A stretch of DNA of 64,000 nt from Cetorhinus maximus (lineage: Eukaryota), in the NCBI RefSeq assembly GCF_964194155.1, contig NC_135901.1, forward strand, positions 23,002,001 to 23,066,000. Direction: 5' to 3'. The notes under the pieces were generated by a model. That model worked only from the letters and a program-made list of their open reading frames with translations, was not told the origin of the DNA and did no database searches. Shown one piece after another: positions 34,600 through 48,204 of this stretch. Each line of letters opens with the position of its first letter. Position 1 is the first letter of the stretch. The position numbers and the translations under genes were made by a program.

Positions 34600-35200
34600 A
34601 GGATCACTATTGCTGAAAGTTTGCTGAACATTTCTGAAAAAAGAGACATCCTGTTGAAGGTTTTCATTTTGCACTCATCAGGACAGGTTTGTCAGAATAC
34701 CAATTGTAAATGGAACAATGATTTACACTACATGAGAAGAGGGGCTGATTGGTTGGCAAGAGAACTCTGATTGGTGGAGGTGTTACCATGGAGAATGCAC
34801 CAGTCAGTAGTTAACTGCCAAGCTTTTGTTAAAATTCAAACCAGGTCAATTCTGGTTGGTCATGGCATTGTCATGGGGAATGAACCATGAAATGGCTGTC
34901 CCCAAGCTTTTGTTTCGTTGAAAATGGTGCAATGTGTGGACATGTCCTTTGCAAACAGAGAGAGCAGGACAGGTGTGTGAATACATGAGTTTCTAGCATG
35001 TGAAAATGAGTCATACTGTGAGCATGACTGATAATTTTGTCAGTGTCATTCTTAGCCTAATCAGATTTGTTTAGCAAGTGTTGTCCAATTAGGGAATCAC
35101 TTCTAATGTTGGACACTTTGTTATGAGTTTTGCAAGTCTGGGCCGGTTGAGTATGGTCAGTACTTTGTTGTGAACAGCCGAAGTGATGCATTGTTTGACA
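34600..35200 (-). mobile_element. Second PLE family, 3' end
   Basis: Minus-strand DSLIGQHLLN..HMLE (GIY-YIG tail), then hammerhead at 34651-34686. Confidence 0.7.
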
Positions 35201-35224
35201 TGAATGATACCAGAAATGTGTGTG

Positions 35225-35660
35225 TTTATATATGAGGAAAGGATTGACGGGCTGGGTCTCTTCTCTCTTGGATAAAGGAGACTGAGAGGTGACCTAATAG
35301 AGGTCTTTAAAATGATGAAAGGTTTTGATAGAGAGGATACAGAGAGAATGTTTCCTCTTGTGGGGAAGAGAGACCATCAATATGAGATAGTCAATCAATA
35401 TGAGATAGTCACCAAGAATCCAATAGGGAATTCAGAAGAAACTTCTTCACCCAGAGAGTGGTGAGAATGTGGAACTCGCTACCACAAGGAGTGGGTGAAG
35501 TGAATAGTGCAGATGTATTTAAGGGGAAACTGGACAAGCGCAAGAGGGAGAAGGGAGTAGAGGGTTACAATGATAGAGTTAGATGAGGAAAGATGGGAGG
35601 AGGCTTGAGTGGAGCATAAACACACGCTGAATGACATGTTTCTGTGCCGTATATCCTATG
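35225..35660 (+). mobile_element. CR1 3' fragment
   Basis: RRLRGDLIEVFKMMKG; RVVRMWNSLP. Confidence 0.85.
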
Positions 35661-35689
35661 TAATCAAGCTCTGAATCCACTATTATTTC

Positions 35690-36360
35690 TGTTTGTGTCG
35701 GGAAGCACAATGGCATTAAACTCAGACTAAACTCAGACTCTCCCAAGCCATTGTCCTTACCACCCTGCTGTATGGAGCAGAATCCTGGGTCTGCTATCAG
35801 AGCCACATCAAAGCTCTGGAATGCTTCCACCAAAGACACCTGAGGTTCATCACGAAAATTCGATGGCAGGACAAAATTACAAAACAATGAGATTCTCCAT
35901 CGTGCTGGGCTCAACAGCACAGAGACCACCCTCCAGAAAATTCCACTAAGATGGCCAGACCATGTACCCCACATGGATGATGACAGAATCCCCAAGCAGA
36001 TCGTCAATGGGGAACTGTCTCGGGGTAAACAACGTCAAGGTGGTCAGTATAAATGATACAAGGACACCCTAAAAATGCGCCTTACAAACTTGTGCATTGC
36101 AGACCACCTCTCTGGGGAAACACTGCAGCCGACCGGCCCATGTGGAGGCAAGCACTGAAATTTGGTTCAGCATGTTTCAAGGACCATCTACACCAGACTT
36201 GCAACATCCGATGTGCCCAGAGGAAGACCAGAGGTGGAGCAGCTGCAGAAGTTCCCCCAGCACCAACAACAACAGCATGAACTGCCAGTTTTGTGTGTGT
36301 CCATGTCGATCCCACATCGGACTCTTCAGTCATGACAGGAGCCACAGAAAATGATGCAAT
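35690..36360 (+). mobile_element. RTE-clade LINE 3' part
   Basis: KALECFHQRHLR..RWQDKI, RIPKQIVNGEL, CRSHIGLFSH. Confidence 0.85.
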
Positions 36361-36759
36361 CATTTACAGCCTGGACATACTCCAACAACGAGGAGTCTAC
36401 CCCAAGATTATCCCTGTTCTCCGCATTGGGGAACTATACTCTGTCTGTATGATTGCAGTGCTGTTAATAAAGTCAGGAAAAGCTAATCTGTTATTGTGAG
36501 TTTGATTATCTGGTGTCTGAAACAATAAGATTCAACATTTAGATTCAACAAGATGAACAAGGAAACACATCACAGCCCAATATTCCAGCTCAATATTCAC
36601 AGGAGAAAGTCTGTTATCTAACACCTCGAGTTGACAGAACAGAGAAAGATCCCAACAGTAAGAAACCCTCTAATCATTTGTAAATATTTTTCAAGTGCTG
36701 ACAGATTCCAACCATCAGTTTCCATTACATTGAAGTTAATGGAAGGTGAGAGAGTGGTT

Positions 36760-37325
36760 ATTCTAGAATTATAAAGAAAACGAGTTAGACCACAGGTAGA
36801 CTACTGAGTACAGGTCAGGTCACTACATTACAGGAAGGATGTGATTACGTTAGAGAGGGTACAGAAGAGATTTATCTGGGTGTCGCCAGGACTGGAGAAT
36901 TTTAACTGTGAGGAAAGATCGGATAGACTGGGATTGTTTTCTGTGGAACAGAGGAGGCTGAGGGGAGATTTAATTGAGATGTATAAAATTATGAGGGGCC
37001 TGGATAAAGTGGATAGAAAGGACCTGTTTCATTAACAGAGAGATCAATAACCAGGGGGAGAGATTTAGACTAATTGATGGAGGATTAGAGGGGAGTTGAG
37101 TAATATTCTCACCCAGATGGGATCTGGAACTCACTGTCTGAAAGGGTGGTAGAGGCAGAAACTCTCATCACATCTAAAAAACACTTGGATATGTGCTGGA
37201 GGCACTGTAACCTACAGGGCTATGGACCAAGAGTTGGAAAGTGGGATTAGACTGGATAACTCATTTTCGGCCAGCACAGACATGATGGGCTGAATGGCCT
37301 CCTCTGTGCTGTAAATTCCTATGAT
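36760..37325 (+). mobile_element. CR1 3' fragment
   Basis: LERVQKRF..RRLRGDLIEMYKIMRG and CR1 3' UTR. Confidence 0.85.
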
Positions 37326-37489
37326 GACAAGTGGGCCTCGTGTTTTTATCTGAGACAGGCCTCAGCCCAGTCATTTCCTCCAAGTGTTGATGTGATGGTT
37401 CAAGCTAAGAGGTGCCAGGTCTCAGGAGCAGCAAGAGCAGTAAATAAATTGAAATGTCAGTGAACACTGATATAGTTTTCCTATATCTA

Positions 37490-38400
37490 GTCCTATTTTA
37501 ATAGCTTCTGCTGAATGTGGCCCTCACCCAATGCCAGGATATCGGATCAGAGCCGCCATGGAAAATGAGTTTGACACTCCTGAGATAGACAATGTCAACA
37601 GGATCCTCAGTGTCTCTGTAACCTCCTTCAGCCCCACAACCCTCTGTGTAAATACAAGGTGTTGTTGTTGGATTACACCCGGAGATAGACAATGTCAACC
37701 TGATTCCCCTCATCCACAAACACAGCAACTTCTTCACAAAACATAAAAAGGTTTGTAAGATGTGACCTTTTCCGGAAGCTGTGTTCAGGATCTCTCATGG
37801 CTCCTTCTCTTCCCCAGTGACCAGAAACAGAATCTCTTAGGATCCCTTCAAGCGTCTTCCCTGTGATTGACATCACACTGATGGGCCTGTTGTTCCCTGG
37901 CTCTGATTTGTCTCCAATTCAGGAAGTGGGAACTAAGTGAGCTGCCTTCCTATCTCAGGGAACAATCCCCGACTCTATTGGGCCATTAAAGATTCGGCCA
38001 AGGGGCTCAAAGAGCTCCCGCCCCATCTCTTTAAACACCCTTGGGTGGGTTTCATCTGGACCTGGAGCACCATCCAGTTTGAGATTTCCTATTTTATCCA
38101 GGATGACAATCACTGTCTATTTTAATATTGATGATGTTACTGTCGACAGCACATCCCACAGCTGGAATGTAAGCACCACCCACAGGAGTGCAGACTGACG
38201 TGAAATAGTCACTTAACAGCTCTGTCATAGCCTGGCAATCTGTTTCAATCTGTCCTGAACTGACTTTTAGTGGCTCGAAAACATCTATAACCATCTTCTC
38301 ACTCCTGCTGGAGCTGGAAAAGTTGTCACTATTATTGCTACAATTGTTCACCACCCTCTTTTCCAAAGCTATCTTCACTTCTGGAACGGCTGCCTTTGTC
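37490..38400 (-). mobile_element. Decayed CR1 ORF2 fragment
   Basis: LLSDYFTSVCT; SITGKTLEGILRD; VDEGNQVDIVYL, with a local duplication. Confidence 0.75.
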
Positions 38401-39094
38401 TCCCTCAATTGTGGGTGATATTTCTCCCCATTCTCCTGGACACTGAATCCATTTTGTTCTAAACTGAGTTCAATGTCAGACAGTTCAGGGAGTCGAGAAT
38501 CATTCACCCCTAGACCTACACTGACAGGTAAAACCCCAGACAGTTCCTCAGTCAGGATTCCTCTGGTTTTTCACCATATATTAATCAGGATACTGAAACT
38601 CATCTTTCTTACAGTCCACTCCTGGAGACCCCACTCCCTGAGCCCACAACCTTCAGCAGGGTCAGTGGTGGAGCTCCACAGCGGGAGTGATCCCAGAGTA
38701 ATTGTCGGGATCACACTGGCATGGGTTTTCCGAGTCGGGTATGTTTAGTTATCCTGGTGTCTCACAGACACACATCAATAAAACAGGCAATTCCTGGAAA
38801 CACACTGCAGCTCCTTCTTTATCTGGAGATCAAGTGTCTGTAGTATAATTGTCCCAGCAGTTATCCTGTGAACTCCCCCATTTGCTATTTTAATGCAGAC
38901 TTTAACAAATACATTTTAAACAGGTATATTTTAAATGAGTTAACACTGTCCTGAAATGGTAGCTATAGTATAATTACCACAGTCATCTTCAGACTGGAAA
39001 CTTAAACCTGCCATTTCACTTTCAATCAGGAACAGTCACAGTTTTACACCAATCTCTGATTTGACAGCACGTTTCCAGCATTAACTGTTGTTCT

Positions 39095-39311
39095 AAAAAC
39101 AGAGATTGCTGCAAAATCTCAGCAGGTCTGGCAGCATCAGTGGCGAGAGAAACAGAATTAACGTTTTGAGTCCAAAATGACTCTTCTTCGGTTCTGAAAC
39201 ATTAACTTGGTTATTCTCTCTCCAGAGATGCTGCCAGACCTGCTGAGTTTTTACAGCACTTTCTGTTTTTACTTTCGATTTGCTGCATCCACACCATTTA
39301 TGTTTTATTTC
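39095..39311. mobile_element. PLE-derived fold-back element
   Basis: Inverted arms; 11-bp TSD actgtt(g/a)ttct at 39084-39094 and 39312-39322; empty paralogous site near 56365. Confidence 0.9.
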
Positions 39312-39789
39312 ACTGTTATTCTTCTTGATTCTAAACACAGTTGTAAAGGAGCCTTTAGTTCCATCGGAACCATGGAAGAGAGCAGCTGGGACACAATATT
39401 ACATGCCTCAGGATTAATCCACATGGGGGTTTTGCTGTCAGTGAAGAGAGATGAGAAAGACCAAAGTGCCATTTATCCCTCTCAGTGTGACCCTGAAGGA
39501 CTGTGTCCAGGCTGAAGTTCTGTTCCTGCCGTATGATCCTCCCCCAGATTGTCCTTTCTGAGCTCCAGCCAGGTAATGTTAAACGCTCAGGTGGGAAAGA
39601 CAAAAATCTACAACAATGAGTTTAAAACAAAGCTGATTTATTGGACATTTTTTCAGAATATTAAACTCCAGCCCAGTTGGAGGGTTTATTAAAAGCATCA
39701 GAAGCAAACTCCAACTCTCAGAATGAACATAGTTTATTCCTGGATGTGATTAACAGCTGCAAGAACAGCAGAATCCAATTCCTGCAGTG

Positions 39790-40455
39790 ACTTGTAAATT
39801 CACTGGTGTGGCAGTAGGTGAGACGACAAGTGAATCTCTTCCCAAACACAGAGCAGGTGAACAGCCTCTCACTAATGTGAATGTGTTTGTGTGTCAGAAG
39901 ATCCATTTTGCTTTTGAACATCTGTTCACAGAACATTGAAAGGGTTTCTTATCAGTGTGGACAAGGTGATGTGCAGTGAGGTGGGATGGCTGAGTGAATC
40001 TCTTCCCACATATGGAATAGGGAACAGTCTTTCCCCGGTGTGAATGCACTGGTGGACACTCAGTTCACCTGATCACCTGAACCCAGTCCCACAGTGAGAG
40101 CATCTGAACGATCTCATGAGTGTGAACGCGCTGATGGCATATTAGTTCCACAGAATATTTATAACACTTCCTACAATCCAGATATTTAAAAGGCCTTCTG
40201 TCAGTATGAACTCAATTGTGTGTCAACAGGTTGAATGAAATGAGTGAATCCCTCCCCACATATGGAGCAGGTGAATGACCTCTCCCTGGTGTTGTTGCAG
40301 GATGGATGGTCACCTGAACCTCTTCCCACACTGAGAGCAGACAAATGGAGTGGAACCGGAGTGAACACACTGGCGCATCATCAGTGAACCTGAGTTTAAG
40401 CAGTTAAAACCTCTCTTTCCAGTATGAGCTTGCTGGTGTGTATGGAAGCTGGATG
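39790..40455 (-). pseudogene. ZNF unit H, 5'-truncated and frameshifted
   Basis: Several decayed fingers including [15 protein letters not shown]; family 3' UTR at 39610-39790. Confidence 0.8.
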
Positions 40456-40811
40456 GAGAAAGAGGCGGACAAACAGGAAATCCCGGTGGGCTAGTGGAAG
40501 AGAGAGAAGCAGCAGAGGCAGCTGATCAGATTGTCTCAATATCAGTGACAAAGAAGCTCCATGAGCAAATCACACTTGGTGTTGGAGGTGAGGATGTAGG
40601 AAAGAGGGAGAGCACTTCGAAAGGAGTAACTTGTGTTCAGGATATTGAAAAGGCTTAATACACTGTACTTAACACAAAGCTGATTTATTTGACTTTTATC
40701 CACAATGTTAACCACTAAACGTGGGCTGGAGTTTATTAACATCAGCAGAAACAGACTCCAATGACATGGTTCAGTCCTAGATGTGATTAACAGCAAACTC
40801 CATCACCATAG

Positions 40812-41849
40812 TTATTCATGAACCCACTGGTGTCTCAGCAGGTGGGATGAGTGAGCAAATCTCTTATTACACATAGAGCATATGAATGGCCTCTCCCCAG
40901 TGTGAACCCGCTTGTGTCTCAGCAGGGAGGATGAGTGAGCAAATCTCTTCTCACACACAAAGCAGATGAATGGCCTCTCCCCAGTGTGAACTCGCTGGTG
41001 TGTCAGCAGGTTGGATAAGGTGGTGAATCCCTTCCCACACTCGGAGCAGGTGAATGGCCTCTCCCCAGTATGAACTCGCTGGTGTATTAGCAAGGTGGAT
41101 GACTGAATGAATCCTTTCCCACACTCAGTACAGGTGAATGGCCTCTCCCCAGTGTGAGTGCGTTGATGTATCAGCAGGTTGGATAAGGTAGTGAAGCTCT
41201 TCTCACACAGAGGGCAGGTGAATGGTCTCTCCCCAGTGTGAACGCGCTGGTGTGTCAAGAGGTCAGTTAACCGAGTGAATCCCTTCCTACACTCAATGCA
41301 GGTAAATGGCCTCTCCCCAGTGTGAATCCGCTGGTGTACAGTGAGTTGAGATGATTGTCTAAACCCAGTCTCACAGTGAGAGCACCTGAACTGTCTCTCG
41401 TCAGTGTGAACACCTTGATGGGACATCAGTTCACTGGAACTTTTAAAGCACTTCCCGCATTCTGGGCATTTAAAAGGCTTCTCGTCAGTGTGAACACGTT
41501 GATGGGACATCAGCTCATCAGAACTTTTATAGCACTTCCCACAATCTGGACATTTAAAAGGTCTCTCCTCAGTGTGAACTCGCTGGTGTTTCAGCAGGTG
41601 GGATGACCGAATGAATCCTTTGTCACACACGGAACAGGTGAACGGCTTCTCCCCAGTGTGACTGCGTCGATGAGCTTCCAGCTCAGACGGGAATCTGAAT
41701 CCCTCATTACAGTCCCCACATTTCCACCGTTTCTCCCCAGTGTGACTGCGCTTGTGTCTCGACAGGTCAGATGATTGGCTGAAGCCTCGTCCACACACTG
41801 AACATGTGTACGGTTTCTCCCCACTGTGAACGGTGCTTTTTGCCTCCAT
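40812..41849 (-). CDS. C2H2 zinc-finger protein I, 12 intact fingers
   Basis: First ATG (MEAK) at 41849; acceptor tttcacag near 41954; AATAAA near 40685. Confidence 0.92.
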   Translation of the reverse strand: MEAKSTVHSGEKPYTCSVCGRGFSQSSDLSRHKRSHTGEKRWKCGDCNEGFRFPSELEAHRRSHTGEKPFTCSVCDKGFIRSSHLLKHQRVHTEERPFKCPDCGKCYKSSDELMSHQRVHTDEKPFKCPECGKCFKSSSELMSHQGVHTDERQFRCSHCETGFRQSSQLTVHQRIHTGERPFTCIECRKGFTRLTDLLTHQRVHTGERPFTCPLCEKSFTTLSNLLIHQRTHTGERPFTCTECGKGFIQSSTLLIHQRVHTGERPFTCSECGKGFTTLSNLLTHQRVHTGERPFICFVCEKRFAHSSSLLRHKRVHTGERPFICSMCNKRFAHSSHLLRHQWVHE

Positions 41850-42111
41850 GTTAAAAATCTGATGATATTCAGGATACAATAAATTGGGCAACTGCAACAG
41901 ATCCTGGCATGATATTTGAGCTTCCTGACAGTGAATCCTCCCCTTTTAATACCCTGTGAAATTGTTTTAAAACATAAAAAATAAAAGCAGAAAGGCAGGT
42001 AGTGAAATTGAGCTGAATGAATCTGACAATTTGTGGGGCCGGCACGAGGAAAAAGTGACCGTGAAAACTGCTGGATTGTTATAAGCACTCAGCTGGTTCA
42101 ATAATGTCCTT

Positions 42112-43087
42112 TGTAAAGTAACTATCATATTTTTCCTGATATTACTGTGGGATACTTTAAAGCAGGCTTATGTTTGTGTGTGTATATATTTCTGAGTGTA
42201 TGCATAATTTAAGTAAACTGCAGACTGTTAGACTGCAAGGTTTGAATCATCAAAGGGGTTAAGTGTAAAAAATAGGCATTGAAAATGCTAATGGACGAGC
42301 GAAGTAAAAGGGAATTTGCATTTTTAGATAAGTGGAGAGGTTGTTGGCTTTTCAAAGGGACATCGTAAGATGGTTACAACTGGCAATGTAAATAAGGCTA
42401 AGTTATTATGCTTATTTTTCCCAGAAGTGCTGGCCATAATGACATCATAAAAGATTTTTATATTCTGGGAAATATAAATTCCAAAGATAGATGGAAACAA
42501 TAGGATTTACAGATCAAAAAGGGAGAAAATATATTTAAAAGAATGATGGAAAGCTGTGTGGGTGCAGCTGTGTGAGATCTTGAAAGGTGCACTGAGTGAA
42601 ACAGAATTGTGGAAAAAGCCTCCGGCTACCCTGGAGAAGTTTGCTGTTCCAGTAACCAAGGGTATGTTAAAAGCCTTTCGAGTTTCACTGTCGAGCGAGA
42701 GGGAGAAAGAAAGTAGGGAGGAGAAAGAAGCTGCGAGTTACCTCCCTTACAGCAACTGTGGGTGATAGATTAAGAATCTATTTTGGACTGTTTCCTGAAA
42801 GGGGTGTGTAGTTGGGAGTCTAGTTATTTAGAAGTTTTGGGAACTGTTATCAGACTAAGTAACTGTAATCTTGTGTGCATTATTTTTTTTTTCTTTTGTT
42901 AACAAATGTTTTAATATAATCTTTAAAATTTCTAAAGTTGGTAGTGGACTCGTTACTTCTGACTTCAGTACACAAACCTTCTCATAATAAATACAAATTG
43001 CAAAATCATTGTGATAGTTTCCAAGTTGGCCAAGTTTCCCTCTGGGATTTGGTTAACCTGGCAAATACCATCTGCCATATCATAACA
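42112..43087 (+). mobile_element. Solo LTR, 976 bp
   Basis: TGT...ACA ends; TSD CCTT at 42108-42111 and 43088-43091; empty site aatgtccttcagg near 12393 and 25691; strand is tentative. Confidence 0.85.
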
Positions 43088-43389
43088 CCTTCAGGGAAGG
43101 GAGCCTGTCACCCAGTCTGGACCTACGCAAAACTCTGTCCTCTATGAGAGGGGACAGAGAGAGAGAGGGAGATGGGAGAAGTACCGGGGGGGTGGGGGCT
43201 CAAAGGAGAGAGATTTTGCACATCTTCAACTCAACCAGAGCTTTGACAGAATCTCCCAAACCCTGATGCGCTATCTGGAAGGACCAGGGTAGCAGGTCTA
43301 TGTGAAAACCATCACCTCCGAGTTTCCTCCCAAGTCACACACCGTCCTGAGTTGTCTGACATCCAGTACTGTATAAGAAGAAATTTTTT

Positions 43390-43645
43390 ATTTAAACATT
43401 GGGAAGACTGAAGCCATTGTCTTCAGTCCCCACTACAAACCCCACTCCCTAGCCACATGCTCCATCCCTCTCCCTGGCAAATGGGTGAGGTTGAAGCAGA
43501 CTCTTCACAACTTCAGAATAATATTTTACCCCAAGATGAGCTTACAACCAGATCTCCATGTTACCACCAAGACCGCCTATTTCCACCTCAGTAACATCAC
43601 CCAACTCCATCCTAGTCTCAGCTCATCTGCTGCTGAAACACTCAC
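43390..43645 (+). mobile_element. L2 fragment
   Basis: TKTAYFHLSNITQLHPSLSSSAAETL; paralog of 12670-12920. Confidence 0.75.
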
Positions 43646-44217
43646 CAAAAGGGAATTGGATAAACACCTGAAGAGGAAAAGCTGGGCTGCAAAGAAAGGA
43701 TAAGGGAGTGAGATGAACTGATTTGCTCTTGCAGAAAACCAGCATGGACATGATGGGTTAAATAGTCTCCTTCTGTATTGTCATCATTCAGTGATCCTAT
43801 AACTCAATGAAAAAGACCTACACTAGAGGCCAGCGACCAAACTTTGCAACCAATTTCCACCCTGATACAAAGCGGCTCTTAACTGGTCCGTCTGTGTTTC
43901 TAGGTTTGGTTCTGTGAGAAACACCTGCAATAAAATAATAGCAAAATATTGCAGTTGCTGGAAATCTGAAATAAAAAGAGCAAATTCTGGAAATACTCAG
44001 CATGTCAGACAGTAACTGTGAAAAGAGAAACAGAGTTAACGTTTCAGGGTGTGCAGAATTAACCTGGTGGAATAAAAATGGGAAACGATTTGAAGGCCAA
44101 CATAAGCTCAGAAGTGGAAGAGAAACGATCTTTAGTGCAGGAAAAACAATTCCTGGCCATGGGAAGATAAAGCTGATAAACCATCAGCACATAGCTGGGG
44201 AAGCAGTGGAAGCCTCA

Positions 44218-45090
44218 TTTTTTAATATATTCATTCACGGTATGTGTGCTTCGCTGGCTGGGCCAGCATTTATTGCCCATTCCTAGTTGCCCTTGAGAAG
44301 GTGGTGGTGAGCTGCCTCCTTGAACTGCTGCAGTCCATGTGGTGTAGGTACACCCACAAGTGCTGTTAGGAAGGGAGTTCCAGGATCTTGACCCTGAAGG
44401 AAGTTCCAGGATCTTGACAGTGAAGGAAAGGCGATATATTTCCAAGTCAGGATGGTAAGTTACTTGGAGGGGAACCTCTAGGTGGTGGTGTTCCCATCTA
44501 TCTGCTGCCCTTGTGTTTCTAGATCGTAGTCGTGGGTTTGGAAGGTGTTGTCTAAGGAGCCTTGGTGTGTTCCTGCAGTGCACCTTGTAGATGGTACACA
44601 CTGCTGCTACTGTGCATCAGTGGTGGAGGGAGTGAATGTTTATGGATGTGGTGCCAATCAAGTGGGCTGCTTTGTCCTGGATGGTGTCAAGCTTCTTCAG
44701 TGTTGTGGGAGCTGCACTCATCCAGGCAAGTGGGGAGTATTCCATCACACTCCTTAACTTATGCCTTGTAGATGGTGGACATGCTTTGGGGAGTGAGGAG
44801 GTGAGTTACTCATCACAGGATCCCTAGCCTCTGACCTCCTCTTGAAGCCACAGTATTTATATGGCTAGTCCAGTTCAGTTTCTGGTCAATGGTAACCCAC
44901 AGGACGTTGATAGTGGGGGATTCAGTGATTGTAATGCCATTGAACATTGAGGGGCAATGGTTGTATTCTCTCTTGTTGGAGATGGTTATTGCCTGACACT
45001 TGTGTGGCACGAATGTTGCTTGTCACTTATCGGCCCAAGCCTGGATATTGTCCAGGTCTTGCTGCATTTGGACATGGGCTGCTTCAGTAT
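44218..45090 (-). mobile_element. CR1/L2-group LINE 3' part
   Basis: DQKLNWTSHIN; absent at the paralogous site near 14715. Confidence 0.85.
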
Positions 45091-45348
45091 CTGGCAGTCC
45101 ATATCCATTTAGATAGTTGTCAGAAATAACAGTAAAACACCAAACATGGTCAGAAAACACCCATTATTAAAGGAAGTGGAAGTTAGACAATGGCAGAGAG
45201 GTGACTGGGGAGGACAGAGGTGAAACAGAGCAGTAGATAGACATGGATTCAAATCCACAGTAAAGCCGCAACACCAGTCCCAGAGCCATGGAACCAGAGC
45301 ATGACACTAAAAGCTCTAAATTGCAGGTGGACGCTCAATAATGCTCAC

Positions 45349-45458
45349 CTCTGAAATAATTTCAATTTTAAAATCTCCTGCTGGAGCCTGCAGTTGGAAA
45401 GACAACAGAAACACTGGAGGCAGAGAAAAATCTGGCAGTCTTCAAATCTTCTAACTCT
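45349..45458 (-). other. Probable non-coding 5' UTR exon of gene I
   Basis: ccttttacAG acceptor and GAG/GTGAGC donor; paralog of 14945-15063. Confidence 0.55.
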
Positions 45459-45679
45459 CTGTAAAAGGAGATAACAAAGGTCATAATTGTCAGTTGAGGT
45501 TAGAAATTGAGAAGAGACAAACATTTCTCTTGATCTGAATTTGCTGTGTGTAAATCCACCCCTTGTAACCCCCTGTAAAAGGAGGTTCCAAAATCCATCT
45601 CTGTCAGTCCAGGATAGAAATTCTCATTATCATCTCCTCCTGCTTCCTGGCCCAGGATTGCTTAAGCAGCGACAAATTT

Positions 45680-46150
45680 CCATTGGAAGCAGGTAAGAGG
45701 TTCACTAGGCTGGTTCCTGGGATGAGGGGGTTTGTCTTATGAGGAAAGGTTGAGCAGGTTGGGGCTGTACTCATTGGAGTTTAGAAGAATAAGCGGTCTT
45801 ATTGAAACATGAGATTCTGAGGGGCTTTGACAGAGTAGCTGCCGACAGGATGTTTCGTCTCATGGGGCATTCTCAAACTAGGGGACACGGTTGAAAAATA
45901 AAGGGTCTCCCATTTAAAACTGAGATGAGGAGAAAATTCTTCTCTCTGAGGGTCATCAGACTTTGGAATTCTCTTCTCCAGTGAGCAGTGGAGACTAGCC
46001 CTTGAATATATTCAAGGCTGAGTTAAAGAGAATTTTGATCTACAAGGGAGTCAAAGGTTATTCCAAATCTTTGATAAGGCAGCAGGAAAGTGCAATCAGA
46101 TCAGCCATGATCTTATTAAATGGGGGAGCAGACATGATGGCCCAAATGGT
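45680..46150 (+). mobile_element. CR1 3' fragment shared with unit D
   Basis: Same position and sequence as 15290-15790. Confidence 0.8.
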
Positions 46151-46419
46151 CTACTTTTTTTTCATTCATGGGATGTGGGCTTCACTAGCTGGGCTAGCAT
46201 TAATTGCTCATCCCTAGTTGCTTTTGAGAAGGTGGTGGTGAGCTTCCTTCTTGAATCACTGCCGTCCATGTGGTGTAGGTACACGCACAGTGCTGTTAAG
46301 GACCCAGAACCTCCTAATTCTGATGTCATTTTTATGTTCTTCAGACGGTTACACTTGTGCCCTGCAGCACATTACCCATCCGTTAACCCAGGTCAGGCAC
46401 CGGCTCTTATATGCAGAGT

Positions 46420-46870
46420 GAGAGTAAAATCAATGAGGCAATGATTTTCTCTCCTGGTCGCTGGGACCCTGAAGCCCCGCCCATGCTCTGTTCCGTCACC
46501 AAGATGATCCCGCATGCGCACTGCTCCCGCTGAAGAAAGATGGCGGCCGTTAACCTGAAGTCGTTCCCGGGTAAAAGGCCCGGACCTGCAAACGCGATTC
46601 CATTCCTCTTATTCGGGGTTTGAGGCCAACACCTGGTGTTTATGAAGCCTCGGCTCCCTCTCGACTCTCAGCTCCCGGCTGCATTCCTCCCTCCGCCTGC
46701 TCGCTCTCACTCGTTTCTAAAAACCTCTTCAGCACCCAGACGGCCCGAGCAAAGTCAGATTGCGCATGCTCCAGATTGTTCAGCACTGCGCCTGCACACT
46801 GACCTCCTGTAGAGTGTGTAGAGCACATTCACACCCGCAGGGAATGTTGGATAACATCAGCGCCATTAAA
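46420..46870 (-). promoter_or_regulatory. Promoter P6 of gene I
   Basis: 60-bp box, CGCATGCGCA, AAGATGGCGGC, GTGTTTATGAAGCCTC, GGGAATGTTGGATAA. Confidence 0.75.
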
Positions 46871-46990
46871 ACATCCAAACACAGAACAAAATAATTTTGT
46901 TACGTAATTGAGATAAAATAATTTAAAAATACACGGAAATCCTTGTGAATGCACTGCTATATTCCATTTCTGAAGGTAGTTTAATGCTCT

Positions 46991-47932
46991 AAATGATTCA
47001 GACTTGAATATAGGAGGTATGACCAATGTATTCGCAGATGACACGAAAATTGGTGGTGTCGTAAATAGTGGGGAGGAAAGCCTTAGATTACAGGACGATT
47101 TAGATGGGCTGGTAAGATGGGCAGAGCAGTGGCAAATGGAATTTAATCCTGAGAAGTGTGAGGTGATGCATTTTAGAAGGACTAACACGGTAAGGGAATA
47201 CACAATGAATAGTAGGGAGCACATTGGGACCTGGGTGTACATGTCCATAGATCCCTGAAGGCAGCAGCACAGGTAGATAAGGTGGTTCAGAAGGAATATG
47301 GAGTACTTGCCTTTATTTGTCGAGGCATAGAACATAAGAGCAGGGCGGTTATGTTTGAGCTGTATGAAACGCTAGTTAGGCCACAGCTGGAGCACTGTGT
47401 GCAGCTCTAGTCACCACACTATAGGAAGGATGTGATTGCACTGGAGGGAGCGCAGAAGAGATTCACCAGGATGTTGCCTGGGCTGGAGCATTTCAGCTAT
47501 GAAGAGAGATTGGATAGGCTGGGGTTGTTTTCCTTGGAACAGAGAAGACTGAGGGGGGACATGATAGAAGTACACAAAATCATGAGGGGCATAGATAGGG
47601 TAGATAGGAATAAACTTTTCCCCTTAGCCCAGGTGTCAATAACCAGGGGGCATAGGTTTAAGGTAAGGGGCAGGAGGTTTAGAGGGGATTTGAGGGGAAA
47701 ACTTTTCACCCAGGGGGCGGTTGGAATCTGGAACACACTGCCTGAGGGGGTGGTAGAGGCAAGAACCCTCACAACATTTAGGAAGTATTTAGACGAGAAC
47801 TTGAAACGCCATAGCATACAGGGCTACTGACCAAGTGCTGGAAAATGGGATTGGAGTAGATAGGTGCTTGATGGCCAGCATGTACACGATGGGCCGAAGG
47901 GCCTGTTTATGTGCTGTATAACTCTATGACTC
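46991..47932 (+). mobile_element. CR1 LINE, 5'-truncated
   Basis: FADDTKIGG; TSD TGCTCT at 46985-46990 and 47933-47938; empty site near 16488. Confidence 0.92.
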
Positions 47933-48204
47933 TGCTCTCCTGTGGGAATATACTGAGCTTTTAAAACTTTCCCAGCAGTTTCCCTCTCTCTCACTCCTGC
48001 CCTGAAGGTGCTGACTCTGGCTGGGTTCAATCCCACAGTCACTAGTCCCTCTCTTTCTCTCTCTATCTCCTGAACAGAATATTCACTATTTTATAGAACG
48101 ATACTGCACAGATGGAAACCATTAGGCCCATCATATCTGTGCTGGCTCTTTGGAGGATTTGTCCATTACTTCCACAGCTCTGCTGACACTGTCAGGACAA
48201 TGTA

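Noticed and set aside
38094-38507. Novel 137-aa protein
   Set aside because: Mostly decayed CR1 ORF2 linker leading into the CR1 RT remnant.
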